From: an uncultured Alphaproteobacteria bacterium
Lineage (GTDB): Bacteria > Pseudomonadota > Alphaproteobacteria > RF32 > CAG-239
Assembly (NCBI GenBank): GCA_944391685.1
Contig: CALXUM010000009.1
Span: forward strand, 10,034-74,033
Reading direction: 5' to 3'
DNA length: 64,000 bases
The stretch's first letter is position 1, and every line of letters starts with the position of its first letter. Shown here piece by piece: positions 35,232 to 44,925 of this stretch. Below the pieces are notes generated by a model. The model did not search any database, had not been told where the DNA came from, and saw only the letters and a list, made by a program, of their open reading frames with translations. The position numbers and the translations under genes are program-made.

Positions 35232-37217
35232 ATGGACAAGATCAGCCTGAGTGCCAGTATGCGATCTAATTTATTGAGCTTGCAGAACATCAGCAAGCAG
35301 GTTGATTCTACCCAAAACAAACTCTCCACCGGCAAAAAAGTCAATTCCGCGATAGATAATCCTAGTTCTTATTACACTGCCAGAAGTTTAACCAATCGGG
35401 CTAATGATTTAGATGCCTTGCTTGACAGCATGGGACAGGCGGTATCTACCATCAAGGCAGCAACGGAAGCCTTGGAAAATGCGGCAGATTTTTTGGAGCA
35501 AGCCAAAGCGGTGGCGACCCAAACATTAGAGGACACCTCAGGTTTTCTGTCAGATCAACCGATAGCGGCACGAGTAAGCAATGAAACAGAGCTTTTAGAT
35601 GCTATCAACAGCGGCAAACAAGGGCTGATAGTCATAGAAGGCAGCATAACCTTATCAGAAAATCAGGTGTTAAACTTACAAGACGGCCAGTCATTGGTAG
35701 GAGCCAATTATCTTGATCCCAATAAAGGGGGTAAAGATGAATTAATTTTTAATATGACGGATGGCAGTATAGAAAAAGCCGTCAATATGGCTAATAATTC
35801 ATCGGTGAGCAATTTAAATATTACGTTTAATGCCAGCAGTCGCAGTCATCTTTTTTATGCCAGTAATAAACAAGGTGTAAATTTTTCAAACCTTAATATA
35901 GATTTTGTAGCTGAAAAAGATGATACAATAAATCGCTGGGCTACAGCTTTTTATTTTAACAACGCAGACGCAACGATAAGCGGTAAAGTCAATATAAAAG
36001 CCAAAGGAGATAAACTTTGCGGTATTTGGGGTTACAAAAATGCCAATATTGAGATAAATGAAAACAGTCAAATTAATATAGAAATTGACGGAGATAATGT
36101 AGGCAGCAACAGCCGCTCCATAATGTCATATGATAATTCAGAAATAAATATTCGCAGTGGTTCGGTTATAAACAGTTCTATTAAAAATTCTGAACTAGGT
36201 TTAAACATAATTGTTTATCGAGGCGGAAGATTGAATATAGAAAACGCTATAATGAATGCTACAAATAATTGCAATGATGGTTATGGTTTTGATATAAATG
36301 GAGGAGATGTAAATATAAGCCAAAAATCAATTGTTAACTTTAAATGCGAAGGAAAAAACTTTTACAGCTTTTTTGTTGCTGACAGCTCGCAAGAAAATAA
36401 ATTTAATGTAAAAGATAACAGTGAAATTCATATAGAGCAAAGCGGAACTAATTCAACTGCTTTTACGGTTAGAAAACCCGCCTCAGGAATTAATACCGTA
36501 AATTTTGCGTCAGGGACCAAAATAAGTGTCAAAGATCATAACAATCCGGCAAATGACGGTTATTGGAAATTAGATAAAGATTGGGAAAAAGAGATAGATT
36601 CTACAGGGACTGATTTTTCAATAAATAGTTTTGCATCATTGGATGGTTTTACCTCCACCGGAGAAACGTATCAGATGTTTGATGATTTACCGGAAATAAA
36701 TTTTGATACGGTTGTCTGGGACAGGCCGGAGGTATATGAAGATAGTCTGCAATATGCTTCTATCATCAGCCAATATGATTCACTAATCAAAGATGCATCA
36801 TATAAGGGAGTAAATCTCTTACAAGAACAGGATTTGAAAGTAACATTTAACGAGGGTAGAACCGCATGGCTTGATGTGATAGGTAAAGATGCCTCATCTG
36901 CCGCACTCGGGTTAACCACCTTAGAGTGGAATTCTAAAGCAGATGTTGAAAAATCAATTGAAGAATTAACCAATGCCATGAATCAAATCCGCTCGATGTC
37001 ATCAGAATTGGGAAGTTATTATAATATTGTCCTTACTCGTCAAGATTTTACCGAGAATTTGATAAATGTTTTGGAAGAAGGGGCAGATAAATTAACTCTA
37101 GCCGATATGAACGAAGAAAGTGCTAATATGTTGGCTCTGCAAACCCGCCAACAATTGGCAATCAATTCTTTATCTCTTGCCAGCCAAGCCGCTCAGGGGA
37201 TATTGAGGTTATTTTAG
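35232..37217 (+). CDS. Flagellin with large central insert
   Basis: N-terminal LSTGKKVNSAIDNP and C-terminal LADMNEESANMLALQTRQQLA...ILRLF. Confidence 0.9.
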   Translation: MDKISLSASMRSNLLSLQNISKQVDSTQNKLSTGKKVNSAIDNPSSYYTARSLTNRANDLDALLDSMGQAVSTIKAATEALENAADFLEQAKAVATQTLEDTSGFLSDQPIAARVSNETELLDAINSGKQGLIVIEGSITLSENQVLNLQDGQSLVGANYLDPNKGGKDELIFNMTDGSIEKAVNMANNSSVSNLNITFNASSRSHLFYASNKQGVNFSNLNIDFVAEKDDTINRWATAFYFNNADATISGKVNIKAKGDKLCGIWGYKNANIEINENSQINIEIDGDNVGSNSRSIMSYDNSEINIRSGSVINSSIKNSELGLNIIVYRGGRLNIENAIMNATNNCNDGYGFDINGGDVNISQKSIVNFKCEGKNFYSFFVADSSQENKFNVKDNSEIHIEQSGTNSTAFTVRKPASGINTVNFASGTKISVKDHNNPANDGYWKLDKDWEKEIDSTGTDFSINSFASLDGFTSTGETYQMFDDLPEINFDTVVWDRPEVYEDSLQYASIISQYDSLIKDASYKGVNLLQEQDLKVTFNEGRTAWLDVIGKDASSAALGLTTLEWNSKADVEKSIEELTNAMNQIRSMSSELGSYYNIVLTRQDFTENLINVLEEGADKLTLADMNEESANMLALQTRQQLAINSLSLASQAAQGILRLF

Positions 37218-37283
37218 CGGTTAAATAATTTGTGTTTATAACTCTGGGGATAAAAGAGTCTTTAGCTTGCGAATCAAAAAAAG

Positions 37284-37302
37284 TTAATTAATGGTTAATT
37301 AA
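37284..37302. promoter_or_regulatory. Candidate CtrA-binding site
   Basis: GTTAA-N7-TTAA containing TTAACCAT on the minus strand, upstream of apaG. Confidence 0.45.
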
Positions 37303-37329
37303 AGCAAGTTTTTAGCCTCGGAGGGAATC

Positions 37330-37740
37330 ATGATAGAAGAACCTGAATTTACGGTTAGCCAAACGGATGGTATTGTTGTTTCGGCTTGTCCGGTTTTGGT
37401 TGATGAAAAGCCGGGGAATAATTTTATGTGGGGGTATTATTTGTGTATTGAGAATAATACCGACCATAGAATCCAGTTGGTGGGAAAAGATTGGCGGATT
37501 ACCGATGATTTGGGCAACAGTTATCGCGATACTTCTGCGGGTTTTAAGGGAGAATTGCCAGAGCTTGAGCCGGGGGAGTATTTTGAATTTACCTCAGAGG
37601 CTCCGCTAAAGTCTGCTAACGCTGTGTTTTATGGTTGTTGTAAGGTTTTAAGTGAAGGGCAGGCAAAAGCCCGTGATATTAAGATACCTACCTTCAATTT
37701 ATCAAATAACAAAAGGAATCAAGCTACTGTTTTGAATTAG
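37330..37740 (+). CDS. apaG: ApaG domain protein
   Basis: Y.L.IEN..IQL...W.ITD, G.KGELPELEPGEYFEFTS..PL, IPTFNL. Confidence 0.88.
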   Translation: MIEEPEFTVSQTDGIVVSACPVLVDEKPGNNFMWGYYLCIENNTDHRIQLVGKDWRITDDLGNSYRDTSAGFKGELPELEPGEYFEFTSEAPLKSANAVFYGCCKVLSEGQAKARDIKIPTFNLSNNKRNQATVLN

Positions 37741-38357
37741 TAATATGTGGGTGTCAATGGTTGATTGACAACGTATACGTTCAAGTATTTGTAGATGTTT
37801 GATGTCATTTTGGTGTTGAATTCATCAAAAAGCTTTTTGACCATGCCGTTCCAATATTTTTCTTTTTCGGCAATGTCTGTGTCTGCAGGAATGGCAAGTT
37901 CTCTCCAAGCATCAACCTCCGTAGAGGCCTGAGATATATTGGTGGTATCTATTATTTTGACCGCAACAACCAATTTAGCTCTGTATTTTATGCGGTCTTT
38001 GTAAAACATTTGTTCGCTTTTTTCAATTTCCTCGGTAACGCTGGCATCTTTAATAATGACTTGAGCAACTTTTGGACTTGAAAAATCAACAGCTTTTAAG
38101 CGATCACGAGCCCAAAGTTTGGCCGTTTTCTCGATTGATACCGGAAAGAGATGTTCTACATTTGGACGAGTGAAAGAAGGGGTGAATTCTGAAATTACCT
38201 CAACTTTGCTGACTTTAAGCTGGATTGGCTCATTATTATCATAACGAGGTTCGGTGTAAGTCGGCAATTCTTCCGGTTCAACAAAATAAAGTCTGCCGCA
38301 GCCTGAGATTAAAATGCTGATTAAAAATATGGGAAGAATTTTAGATGATAATTTCAT
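37737..38357 (-). CDS. Conserved alphaproteobacterial-type lipoprotein
   Basis: ILISGC lipobox; PNVEHLFP..WARDRL. Confidence 0.75.
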   Translation of the reverse strand: MKLSSKILPIFLISILISGCGRLYFVEPEELPTYTEPRYDNNEPIQLKVSKVEVISEFTPSFTRPNVEHLFPVSIEKTAKLWARDRLKAVDFSSPKVAQVIIKDASVTEEIEKSEQMFYKDRIKYRAKLVVAVKIIDTTNISQASTEVDAWRELAIPADTDIAEKEKYWNGMVKKLFDEFNTKMTSNIYKYLNVYVVNQPLTPTYY

Positions 38358-38449
38358 GTTTTTTTCCTCTTAGACGTAACATAAAGAAGCCCTTTTTAAA
38401 ACAAGAGCTTCTTTTAACTTATTAGATATTAATTAAAAACTGGTTAAAC

Positions 38450-39376
38450 TTATTGCTTTATTAATTCTCCACGATCAAAAACATATTTTTCGGAGCAGAA
38501 ATTACATGTGGCGGTGATTTTGCCGTTTTCAACCATGGAATTTATATCGTCTTCAGAAAATGTGCTTAATGTGTTGAGCAATTTTTCGCGACTGCAACGA
38601 CATCCAAAACTATAATCACGAGAGGTAGAGATATTAAGATCATTAGAATGAAACAATCTGGTGAGCAAATGCTCTGAAGAAAGTTCGGCATTAAAGACTT
38701 CATCAGCCTGAAGACTTTGCATGAACACTTTGGCTTCATTCCAGCTCTCATTCATTTCTTCTTCAGATTTGGTGTTTCCGCCTTTAAGGGGCATTTTTTG
38801 CAGCATGATACCTGCTGCAAGCCAAGAAGAAGATTCACCTTGAGGTGCTTGTAAAAACAATTTTAAGTCGGTATCAATTTGCTCGGATTGTTTGAAGTAA
38901 CGTAGGGCACACTCGGTTAAATCTTTTCCTTGTAAATCAACAATACCTTGATAAAGCTCCATGTCTTTTCCTTGGTCAACCGTAAAAGCCAAATGTCCTT
39001 TGCCCATGAGGTGGGGAGCAGCCTCAATCTCGCCACTGGTTTTGCGAAGTTTTTGATTTGCTTCAAGGTGTTTTTCATCATATTTGGCACAGGCACGAAT
39101 TTTGCCCTCAGAAGTAACATCAACAACAACCATGGAGATGGCTCCGTTGCTTTGAGTTTGTAGGGTGAACAGACCTTGATATTTGAGCATGCTGGCGAGC
39201 ATGGCTGCCAAAACGATACTTTCGGCAACTACGGCGGCTACCGGTTTGGGGTATTCATGTTTACTTAGAATAGTATCCAATACTTTGTTAAGACGAATTA
39301 ATCGACCTTGATATGCACCATTTTCAATAAAAAAAGATACACAATTATCAAAATTGGAATTATTTTGTTTAGGCAT
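38450..39376 (-). CDS. hslO: Hsp33 redox-regulated chaperone
   Basis: YQGIV, YFKQSEQI, CRCS...CNFC. Confidence 0.96.
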   Translation of the reverse strand: MPKQNNSNFDNCVSFFIENGAYQGRLIRLNKVLDTILSKHEYPKPVAAVVAESIVLAAMLASMLKYQGLFTLQTQSNGAISMVVVDVTSEGKIRACAKYDEKHLEANQKLRKTSGEIEAAPHLMGKGHLAFTVDQGKDMELYQGIVDLQGKDLTECALRYFKQSEQIDTDLKLFLQAPQGESSSWLAAGIMLQKMPLKGGNTKSEEEMNESWNEAKVFMQSLQADEVFNAELSSEHLLTRLFHSNDLNISTSRDYSFGCRCSREKLLNTLSTFSEDDINSMVENGKITATCNFCSEKYVFDRGELIKQ

Positions 39377-39446
39377 TATTTTTTTTCCTTGATATAATAA
39401 AAATTACTTTTAATAGAGGTATAATCTAACTTGGGGGATTTTTCAA

Positions 39447-40004
39447 GTGTCTGAGGGTGAGGTGATTAAAAAAGTTAAGGTATTGCGTAAAATTACCAAA
39501 CAAAGGCTAAAAAATATCGGGCTTTATTACTTGAAACGGTTTGAAAGTTCGGTTGAGAATCTGCGGGGTGTTTTGCGACGCAGAGTTAATGATTATGCCT
39601 ATCAAAATAAAGATTTTAATAAAGAAGAGGCTTTTAATTGGATTGAAGAAATTTTGAGTGATTTTGAGAGATACGGATACTTAGATGATGCTCGTTACAG
39701 CGAAATAAAGATAAAAAATTATATTACAGCCGGAAAATCGCCTCGTTATATTCAGGGAAAATTACGCGAAAAAGGCATTGATGCCTACTTGATTGAAAAG
39801 TTACTGGATGAGCAGGAATATGATCCCTTAGAATCGGCAATAAAATTAGCTCGTAAAAAACATATAGGACCTTTTTGCAAAGATGAAAATTTGCGAAAAG
39901 AACGTCGCTCAAAAGATTTAGCGGTTTTGGTCAGATCCGGTTTTGATTACGATATTGCGTTAAAAGTTTTGGAATCGTCAATAGATGACCTTGCTCAGGT
40001 ATAG
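39447..40004 (+). CDS. recX: RecX regulatory protein
   Basis: YYLKRFESS..LR.VL, GYLDDARY, GKS..I..KL.EKGI, LVRSGF. Confidence 0.88.
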   Translation: MSEGEVIKKVKVLRKITKQRLKNIGLYYLKRFESSVENLRGVLRRRVNDYAYQNKDFNKEEAFNWIEEILSDFERYGYLDDARYSEIKIKNYITAGKSPRYIQGKLREKGIDAYLIEKLLDEQEYDPLESAIKLARKKHIGPFCKDENLRKERRSKDLAVLVRSGFDYDIALKVLESSIDDLAQV

Positions 40005-40724
40005 TCCGCAAGCTGGGGCTGTCGGGCCGGCTTGAGAGCGGTCACAGGCTTCCAGTATGCGTTTAACATCGTCCGGGGTTAAATGTCCGTCACCAACGAG
40101 TTTTAGGGTGCCAACCATGTTGCGAACCTGATGATGCAAAAAAGAACGAGCTTCAACGGTAAAAATAATTTCATCTTCTTGGGTGGTGATGTCTAATTTA
40201 TCAAGGGTTTTTATGGGGGATAGGGCTTGACAGGCGGCCGCACGAAAAGATGTGAAATCATGATGCCCTAGTAAATGTTTGGCTCCGGCACGCATTTTTT
40301 CAACATCAAGCGGAACGGGGACCCACCATAGACGATCTTTTTGTAAAACAGAAGGAGAACGACGGTTTAGAATCCGATAAATATAACCTCTTCCTTTGGC
40401 GGAAAAACGTGCATTAAAATCATCCGGCACGGTTTCAGCATTTAGGATTACAACCGGAGCCTCAGCCTCTCGGAGGTGAAAGTTGAGGGCATCGCGGAGT
40501 TTCCAACCTTCAATCTCACGTTCAAGATCAAAATGAGCGACCTGACCAAGAGCGTGCACACCAGCGTCAGTGCGACCGGCTCCTTGAACAGGAATGGGTT
40601 GGCGAGTTGGCGAAAGATTAGCCAAAGCGTTTTCCAAATATTCTTGCACGGAAGGTCCGTCAAGCTGTCTTTGCCAGCCTAGGGTTTGGGTTCCGTCATA
40701 TTCTATGGTCAGTTTGTATCGCAA
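39978..40724 (-). CDS. truA: tRNA pseudouridine(38-40) synthase
   Basis: IEYDG, AGRTDAGVHALGQ, SFLHHQVRNMVG, APACGLYL. Confidence 0.97.
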   Translation of the reverse strand: MRYKLTIEYDGTQTLGWQRQLDGPSVQEYLENALANLSPTRQPIPVQGAGRTDAGVHALGQVAHFDLEREIEGWKLRDALNFHLREAEAPVVILNAETVPDDFNARFSAKGRGYIYRILNRRSPSVLQKDRLWWVPVPLDVEKMRAGAKHLLGHHDFTSFRAAACQALSPIKTLDKLDITTQEDEIIFTVEARSFLHHQVRNMVGTLKLVGDGHLTPDDVKRILEACDRSQAGPTAPACGLYLSKVIY

Positions 40725-40799
40725 AATTTTGTTTTCCTAAGTTAAAATTAAGGGCACATCATAGATATGCCCTTAAAAAAAGTTTTTGACAAGAGTTAA

Positions 40800-41819
40800 T
40801 TACTCAGCGGCAATCGTTAAACTTTTATTGTCTTGGGTAAAAAAACCGAGTTTCTCCTGAATTGTCCAAATAACTTTTAAGGCTTCAAGAGCGTTTTCAC
40901 CTGTGATGCGAGGTGTTTCTTTGCCACGAACACAATTCATAAAGTGATTTAATTCAGCTTGCAAAGGTTGATTGGTTGGAATAAATAATTGCTCAACACT
41001 ACCTTTAAGACCATAGTGCATCCAATCAGGAATGTCTTCTTGTTTGACATAGGGCATACGTCCTTGAGTGTGGACGTTGATGCTTTGATTGATGAAGTCC
41101 ATGTCAATATAGTTAGTATCCGTGGTTACAGATAAGGTGCGAACACGAGCCTGAGTAATGCGGCTGGCTGTTAGATTAGCCGTAACCCCGTTTTCAAACT
41201 CAATAAGAGCAGTGATATAGTCTTTGCCTTGCGGACTTGATGGTGTTTTTACCGCAGCGGCTTGAACATTAACTACCGGAGATTTTACCAAAGATTGAAT
41301 AACTTCCATGTCATGAATCATCAAATCCATGGAAACATCAACATCGGTAATACGACCACTGGCAGCAGACATACGTTGGGCCGTTAAAGAATAAATTTTT
41401 GAGGTATCAGAAAGAATTTTGTGCATTTGTTCAACCGCAGGGTTGAATTGCTCAATGTGTCCGACAAGGAGAGTAACGTTGTTCTTTTTAGCAGCTTTAA
41501 TTAAGCGTTTGCATTGTGCTTCAGTCGTAGCTAAAGGTTTTTCCATTAAACAGTGTATGCCTTTATTTAAGAAAAATTCACCGACTTCGGCGTGAGTGAC
41601 GGAAGTGGTAACAATGCTTACGGCGTCAACATTAGCGGCAACTTCTTCCATGGAAGAAAAAGCTTTGATGCCGAAAGTTTCGGCAGCGGCTTTGCTGGCT
41701 TCTGGAAAAATGTCATAAACGCCGACCAAATCAACCCCATTTAAGGTTTTATATGTTTTAAGATGGTTCTTGCCCATCATACCGGCACCAATTACGGCAA
41801 CTCTGATATTGTCTGTCAT
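40800..41819 (-). CDS. Gfo/Idh/MocA oxidoreductase (GnnA/WlbA-like)
   Basis: GAGMMG, EKPL, VGHIEQFNP, DLMIHD. Confidence 0.88.
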   Translation of the reverse strand: MTDNIRVAVIGAGMMGKNHLKTYKTLNGVDLVGVYDIFPEASKAAAETFGIKAFSSMEEVAANVDAVSIVTTSVTHAEVGEFFLNKGIHCLMEKPLATTEAQCKRLIKAAKKNNVTLLVGHIEQFNPAVEQMHKILSDTSKIYSLTAQRMSAASGRITDVDVSMDLMIHDMEVIQSLVKSPVVNVQAAAVKTPSSPQGKDYITALIEFENGVTANLTASRITQARVRTLSVTTDTNYIDMDFINQSINVHTQGRMPYVKQEDIPDWMHYGLKGSVEQLFIPTNQPLQAELNHFMNCVRGKETPRITGENALEALKVIWTIQEKLGFFTQDNKSLTIAAE

Positions 41820-41929
41820 AAATTTTATCCTCGGATAGTTCATGAAATTTATTTTAGTTTACATATAGCAATAAATTTGATAAAAAGCTTTTAAATTCTT
41901 GTTACATATTGTTACAAAGGAAAATAGAC

Positions 41930-43699
41930 ATGCCAAACATCAGAATCCTTAAATTTGTTATGTTGTCAGGATTGTTGCTTAATGCAGCATGCAGTATGGA
42001 AGGAACCAATGATAAAGCAAAAATAGAAAAAGATGAGTTGGTTTTTGCTTATGATCCTGAGCCGGTTAAGGGAAAGTTAGATGTTTATGATTCAATGGCA
42101 CGCGGGGCAAAGTACAATGTTGATGTGGCAAGCACTAATTTAAGCAAAAAGATTGATGAACAATCAGCCAAATATAGTCCGCAAAAAATTATTGACGGTT
42201 TAACAAATGTTGATATGAGCGGAGCCGAAAAATTATATCAGGCATCACAAATATTGGAATTTTCAGTAATTTATTCGATGGCAAATTTGAGTGATAGCCA
42301 AGTTTATAAGGAAAATTATTTTTATGAAAAAGCTTCTCAACATTTGGCTTTGGCGGCAATAAGATCTCATCAGAATGCGTTGTTTGCACAAAGAAAGATT
42401 AAAGAATTGCAGCGTTTGATGAGGCAAGAAAAAAAGATTATTGAAAATCTTAATTCGCTTATGGAGAAAAGCGGTTCTCTCAGTGATGATAATTTGCAAT
42501 ATAAAAAACAGCTTGATGTGGCAATGTTGAAGATGGAAGAATTGCAAAAGGCTTTGAATTTTAGTGTGGAAGAATATGCTCGTTTGGTTAAAGCCGATCC
42601 TCAAAAAGTTAGTTTGGAAGGACGACAATTTTATGAATTGGAAGATTTTGATAAAGGTTATGATATAGAAATTTTTCAAGAAGCAGCAGTCAGGAATCGT
42701 AAAGAATTTGCCTTAGCTAAAGAAAAAGTAAAAAGTTATGCGGCAACTGATTTGAGAAGAGACATCTCTAATCATTATCCTTTGGTAAAACGCTTGGATA
42801 TAAATGGTTTGGATATTGAGGACAGTGTCTATGAACAAGAGCTTTATGAAAAGGCGATGAGGGTTGCGTATAATTTGTTGGCGGCTGTGCAAAATTATCG
42901 TCAAGCTAAAGACGGTTCTAATGAAAAGATTGCTTTGCAGCGTAGGCTTTTTGACGAATTGGGAGCGGCAGTGTTAACACAATCTGAAGTAAGTTATCGT
43001 TTAATTGAACAAGCAGATGTCAATTATCAGAATGTTGAAAACGCCATTACGGAGAATAAAAAAGAAATTAAAATTTTAGAGAAAATGCGTTCTTTGAATA
43101 ATATTGAAAAAGCTGAATTGCTTAATCGTAAGATTATGTTATTAAATCAGGAAAAGCAGGCGGCACAAATCAGTGCGGACAGAGCGGTATTTTTGAGAAG
43201 TTTGTATTTTAATGCAGGTTTATCTCCATTAAATAAACAACTTTTAAAAGCGCCGATTAAAGATGTGGCAAATGATTTGAGAAAAGCTTTTAATAAAGAT
43301 TTGATAGATATGCTTTCAGGTGTTGAACTTTCTTTTGAAAACAGAAGCCAAGAACAAAAAGGTTGGGCTCAGAAAGAAAATTGGCTGGAAGAAGTGGTCG
43401 ACGGTAGTCAAATGCCAAAAACACAAAAAACTGTAAGACAAGAGAAAATTTCAGTAAAAGAAGCTGCAAATTACAGCTCTATGCAGTTGGGAGCTTATAC
43501 GCAAAAAGAGAGTGCCGAAAATGATTGGAAAGAGTTGTCGGTAAAGTTTCCGGAACTAAAAAATTATCAAAAAGTTGTTGAAGATGCCGGAGAAGGAGAG
43601 TTTATTCGTTATAGATTGATTGTCAAAGCTGACGGTACAAAGTTAGTTGAAAGTTGTAATAATTTGAAAGCAAGCGGTTTTGAATGTTTGTTGCGTTAA
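41930..43699 (+). CDS. TolC-like lipoprotein with C-terminal SPOR domain
   Basis: LNAAC lipobox; SMARGAKYNVD; coiled coils; C-terminal MQLGAY..A..W..L...C..LK..G.EC. Confidence 0.6.
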   Translation: MPNIRILKFVMLSGLLLNAACSMEGTNDKAKIEKDELVFAYDPEPVKGKLDVYDSMARGAKYNVDVASTNLSKKIDEQSAKYSPQKIIDGLTNVDMSGAEKLYQASQILEFSVIYSMANLSDSQVYKENYFYEKASQHLALAAIRSHQNALFAQRKIKELQRLMRQEKKIIENLNSLMEKSGSLSDDNLQYKKQLDVAMLKMEELQKALNFSVEEYARLVKADPQKVSLEGRQFYELEDFDKGYDIEIFQEAAVRNRKEFALAKEKVKSYAATDLRRDISNHYPLVKRLDINGLDIEDSVYEQELYEKAMRVAYNLLAAVQNYRQAKDGSNEKIALQRRLFDELGAAVLTQSEVSYRLIEQADVNYQNVENAITENKKEIKILEKMRSLNNIEKAELLNRKIMLLNQEKQAAQISADRAVFLRSLYFNAGLSPLNKQLLKAPIKDVANDLRKAFNKDLIDMLSGVELSFENRSQEQKGWAQKENWLEEVVDGSQMPKTQKTVRQEKISVKEAANYSSMQLGAYTQKESAENDWKELSVKFPELKNYQKVVEDAGEGEFIRYRLIVKADGTKLVESCNNLKASGFECLLR

Positions 43700-43767
43700 A
43701 TAATATTTGTCAAAAAACAAAAGATAAGATATGATTTAATCATTAGAGGCAATAAACAGGAATAAAT

Positions 43768-44910
43768 ATGACTGCCGACGACATAAAAACAACATCAAAA
43801 TTTGATAATATTCGTTCTAAGATAAAAGAGAATCAGGATTATTATGATCGTTTTCAAAATGAGAATAATTTTTCTTGGCAAGCAGTTTCACAAAGTGTAC
43901 AGCAAAGCGATCTCTTGGGCGGTGCTGGATCTACAAAAAATATAGATTTTGTTGGTAAAAATTTGGAAAATGGCAAGTTTGCAAAAGAAGATTTGCAAAA
44001 TGCTAATTTTTCGGTGGCTAATTTAACGAAAGTTGATCTTTCCGGGGCTGACCTTCGCGGGGTTGATTTTTCAGGAGCTAATCTTACTGATGCCAATTTA
44101 TCCGGGGCTGATTTGAGCGGTGCTATACTGACTGGTGCGGTGCTGCATCGGACTAATTTTACCGGTGCTAAAATGTATGGAGTTAAACTCCAAGAAGCTG
44201 ATTTGGAAGATGCAATTTTTTTAGATGTTGCAATAGATGAAATCGGTATTGAAGAATTGCAGGCTTTAGTTGAATATTTAGCAAAGTATTATCCGCATAA
44301 ACTTAATTTAACCAGAATGAATTTGACATTACTTGATTTACAAAAAATTGATTTAAGCCAAGTAAATTTGCGAGGGGTTGATTTCACTGGATGTGATTTT
44401 ACCGGTGTTAATATTATGGAACTTGATTTAAGTGAATGTATTATTACTCCACAACAGATTGCACAAGCCTTGGGAAGAGTACCGTCAAAAGAAGAATTAG
44501 CAAAAATTTTGGCTCCGAAAAAGAAAAAAACAAGAGGTGGAGCAGGTATAGATTTGACCGAAATATTTTTAGGTAACGGAAAAACATTTGGTGTTTGGGA
44601 TGTTACAAATGATAAGGGCGTAAGTATAGAGACATTGATGGATGTAGGTAGAAAAGTATTTAGACGAGGAGCGAGAAGGCCTCAGGTTAAAGATGAAGAG
44701 GTTTTAAAAAGCATTAAAACGGAAGAAGAATTGAAAGCCAAATCTCATAATGAAGAATTGCGTAAAATTATTGAAGAACGAAAACGCAAAGAGTTAGAAG
44801 CAAGAATTGCTAAGAAAAAAGAAATAGAACAAGAAGCGGTGAAAGAAAAAACAAAGAAAGAAGTTGATGAAAGAATAATTTCAATGCGTGATGGACGCGG
44901 TGGGCGTTAA
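43768..44910 (+). CDS. Pentapeptide-repeat protein with charged C-terminal tail
   Basis: A(D/N)LxG pentapeptide repeats; ends ISMRDGRGGR. Confidence 0.88.
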   Translation: MTADDIKTTSKFDNIRSKIKENQDYYDRFQNENNFSWQAVSQSVQQSDLLGGAGSTKNIDFVGKNLENGKFAKEDLQNANFSVANLTKVDLSGADLRGVDFSGANLTDANLSGADLSGAILTGAVLHRTNFTGAKMYGVKLQEADLEDAIFLDVAIDEIGIEELQALVEYLAKYYPHKLNLTRMNLTLLDLQKIDLSQVNLRGVDFTGCDFTGVNIMELDLSECIITPQQIAQALGRVPSKEELAKILAPKKKKTRGGAGIDLTEIFLGNGKTFGVWDVTNDKGVSIETLMDVGRKVFRRGARRPQVKDEEVLKSIKTEEELKAKSHNEELRKIIEERKRKELEARIAKKKEIEQEAVKEKTKKEVDERIISMRDGRGGR

Positions 44911-44925
44911 AATTCGGAAGATAAA

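Noticed and set aside
43980-44160. Short DNA repeats (tccggggctga) as a regulatory array
   Set aside because: Explained by pentapeptide-repeat coding
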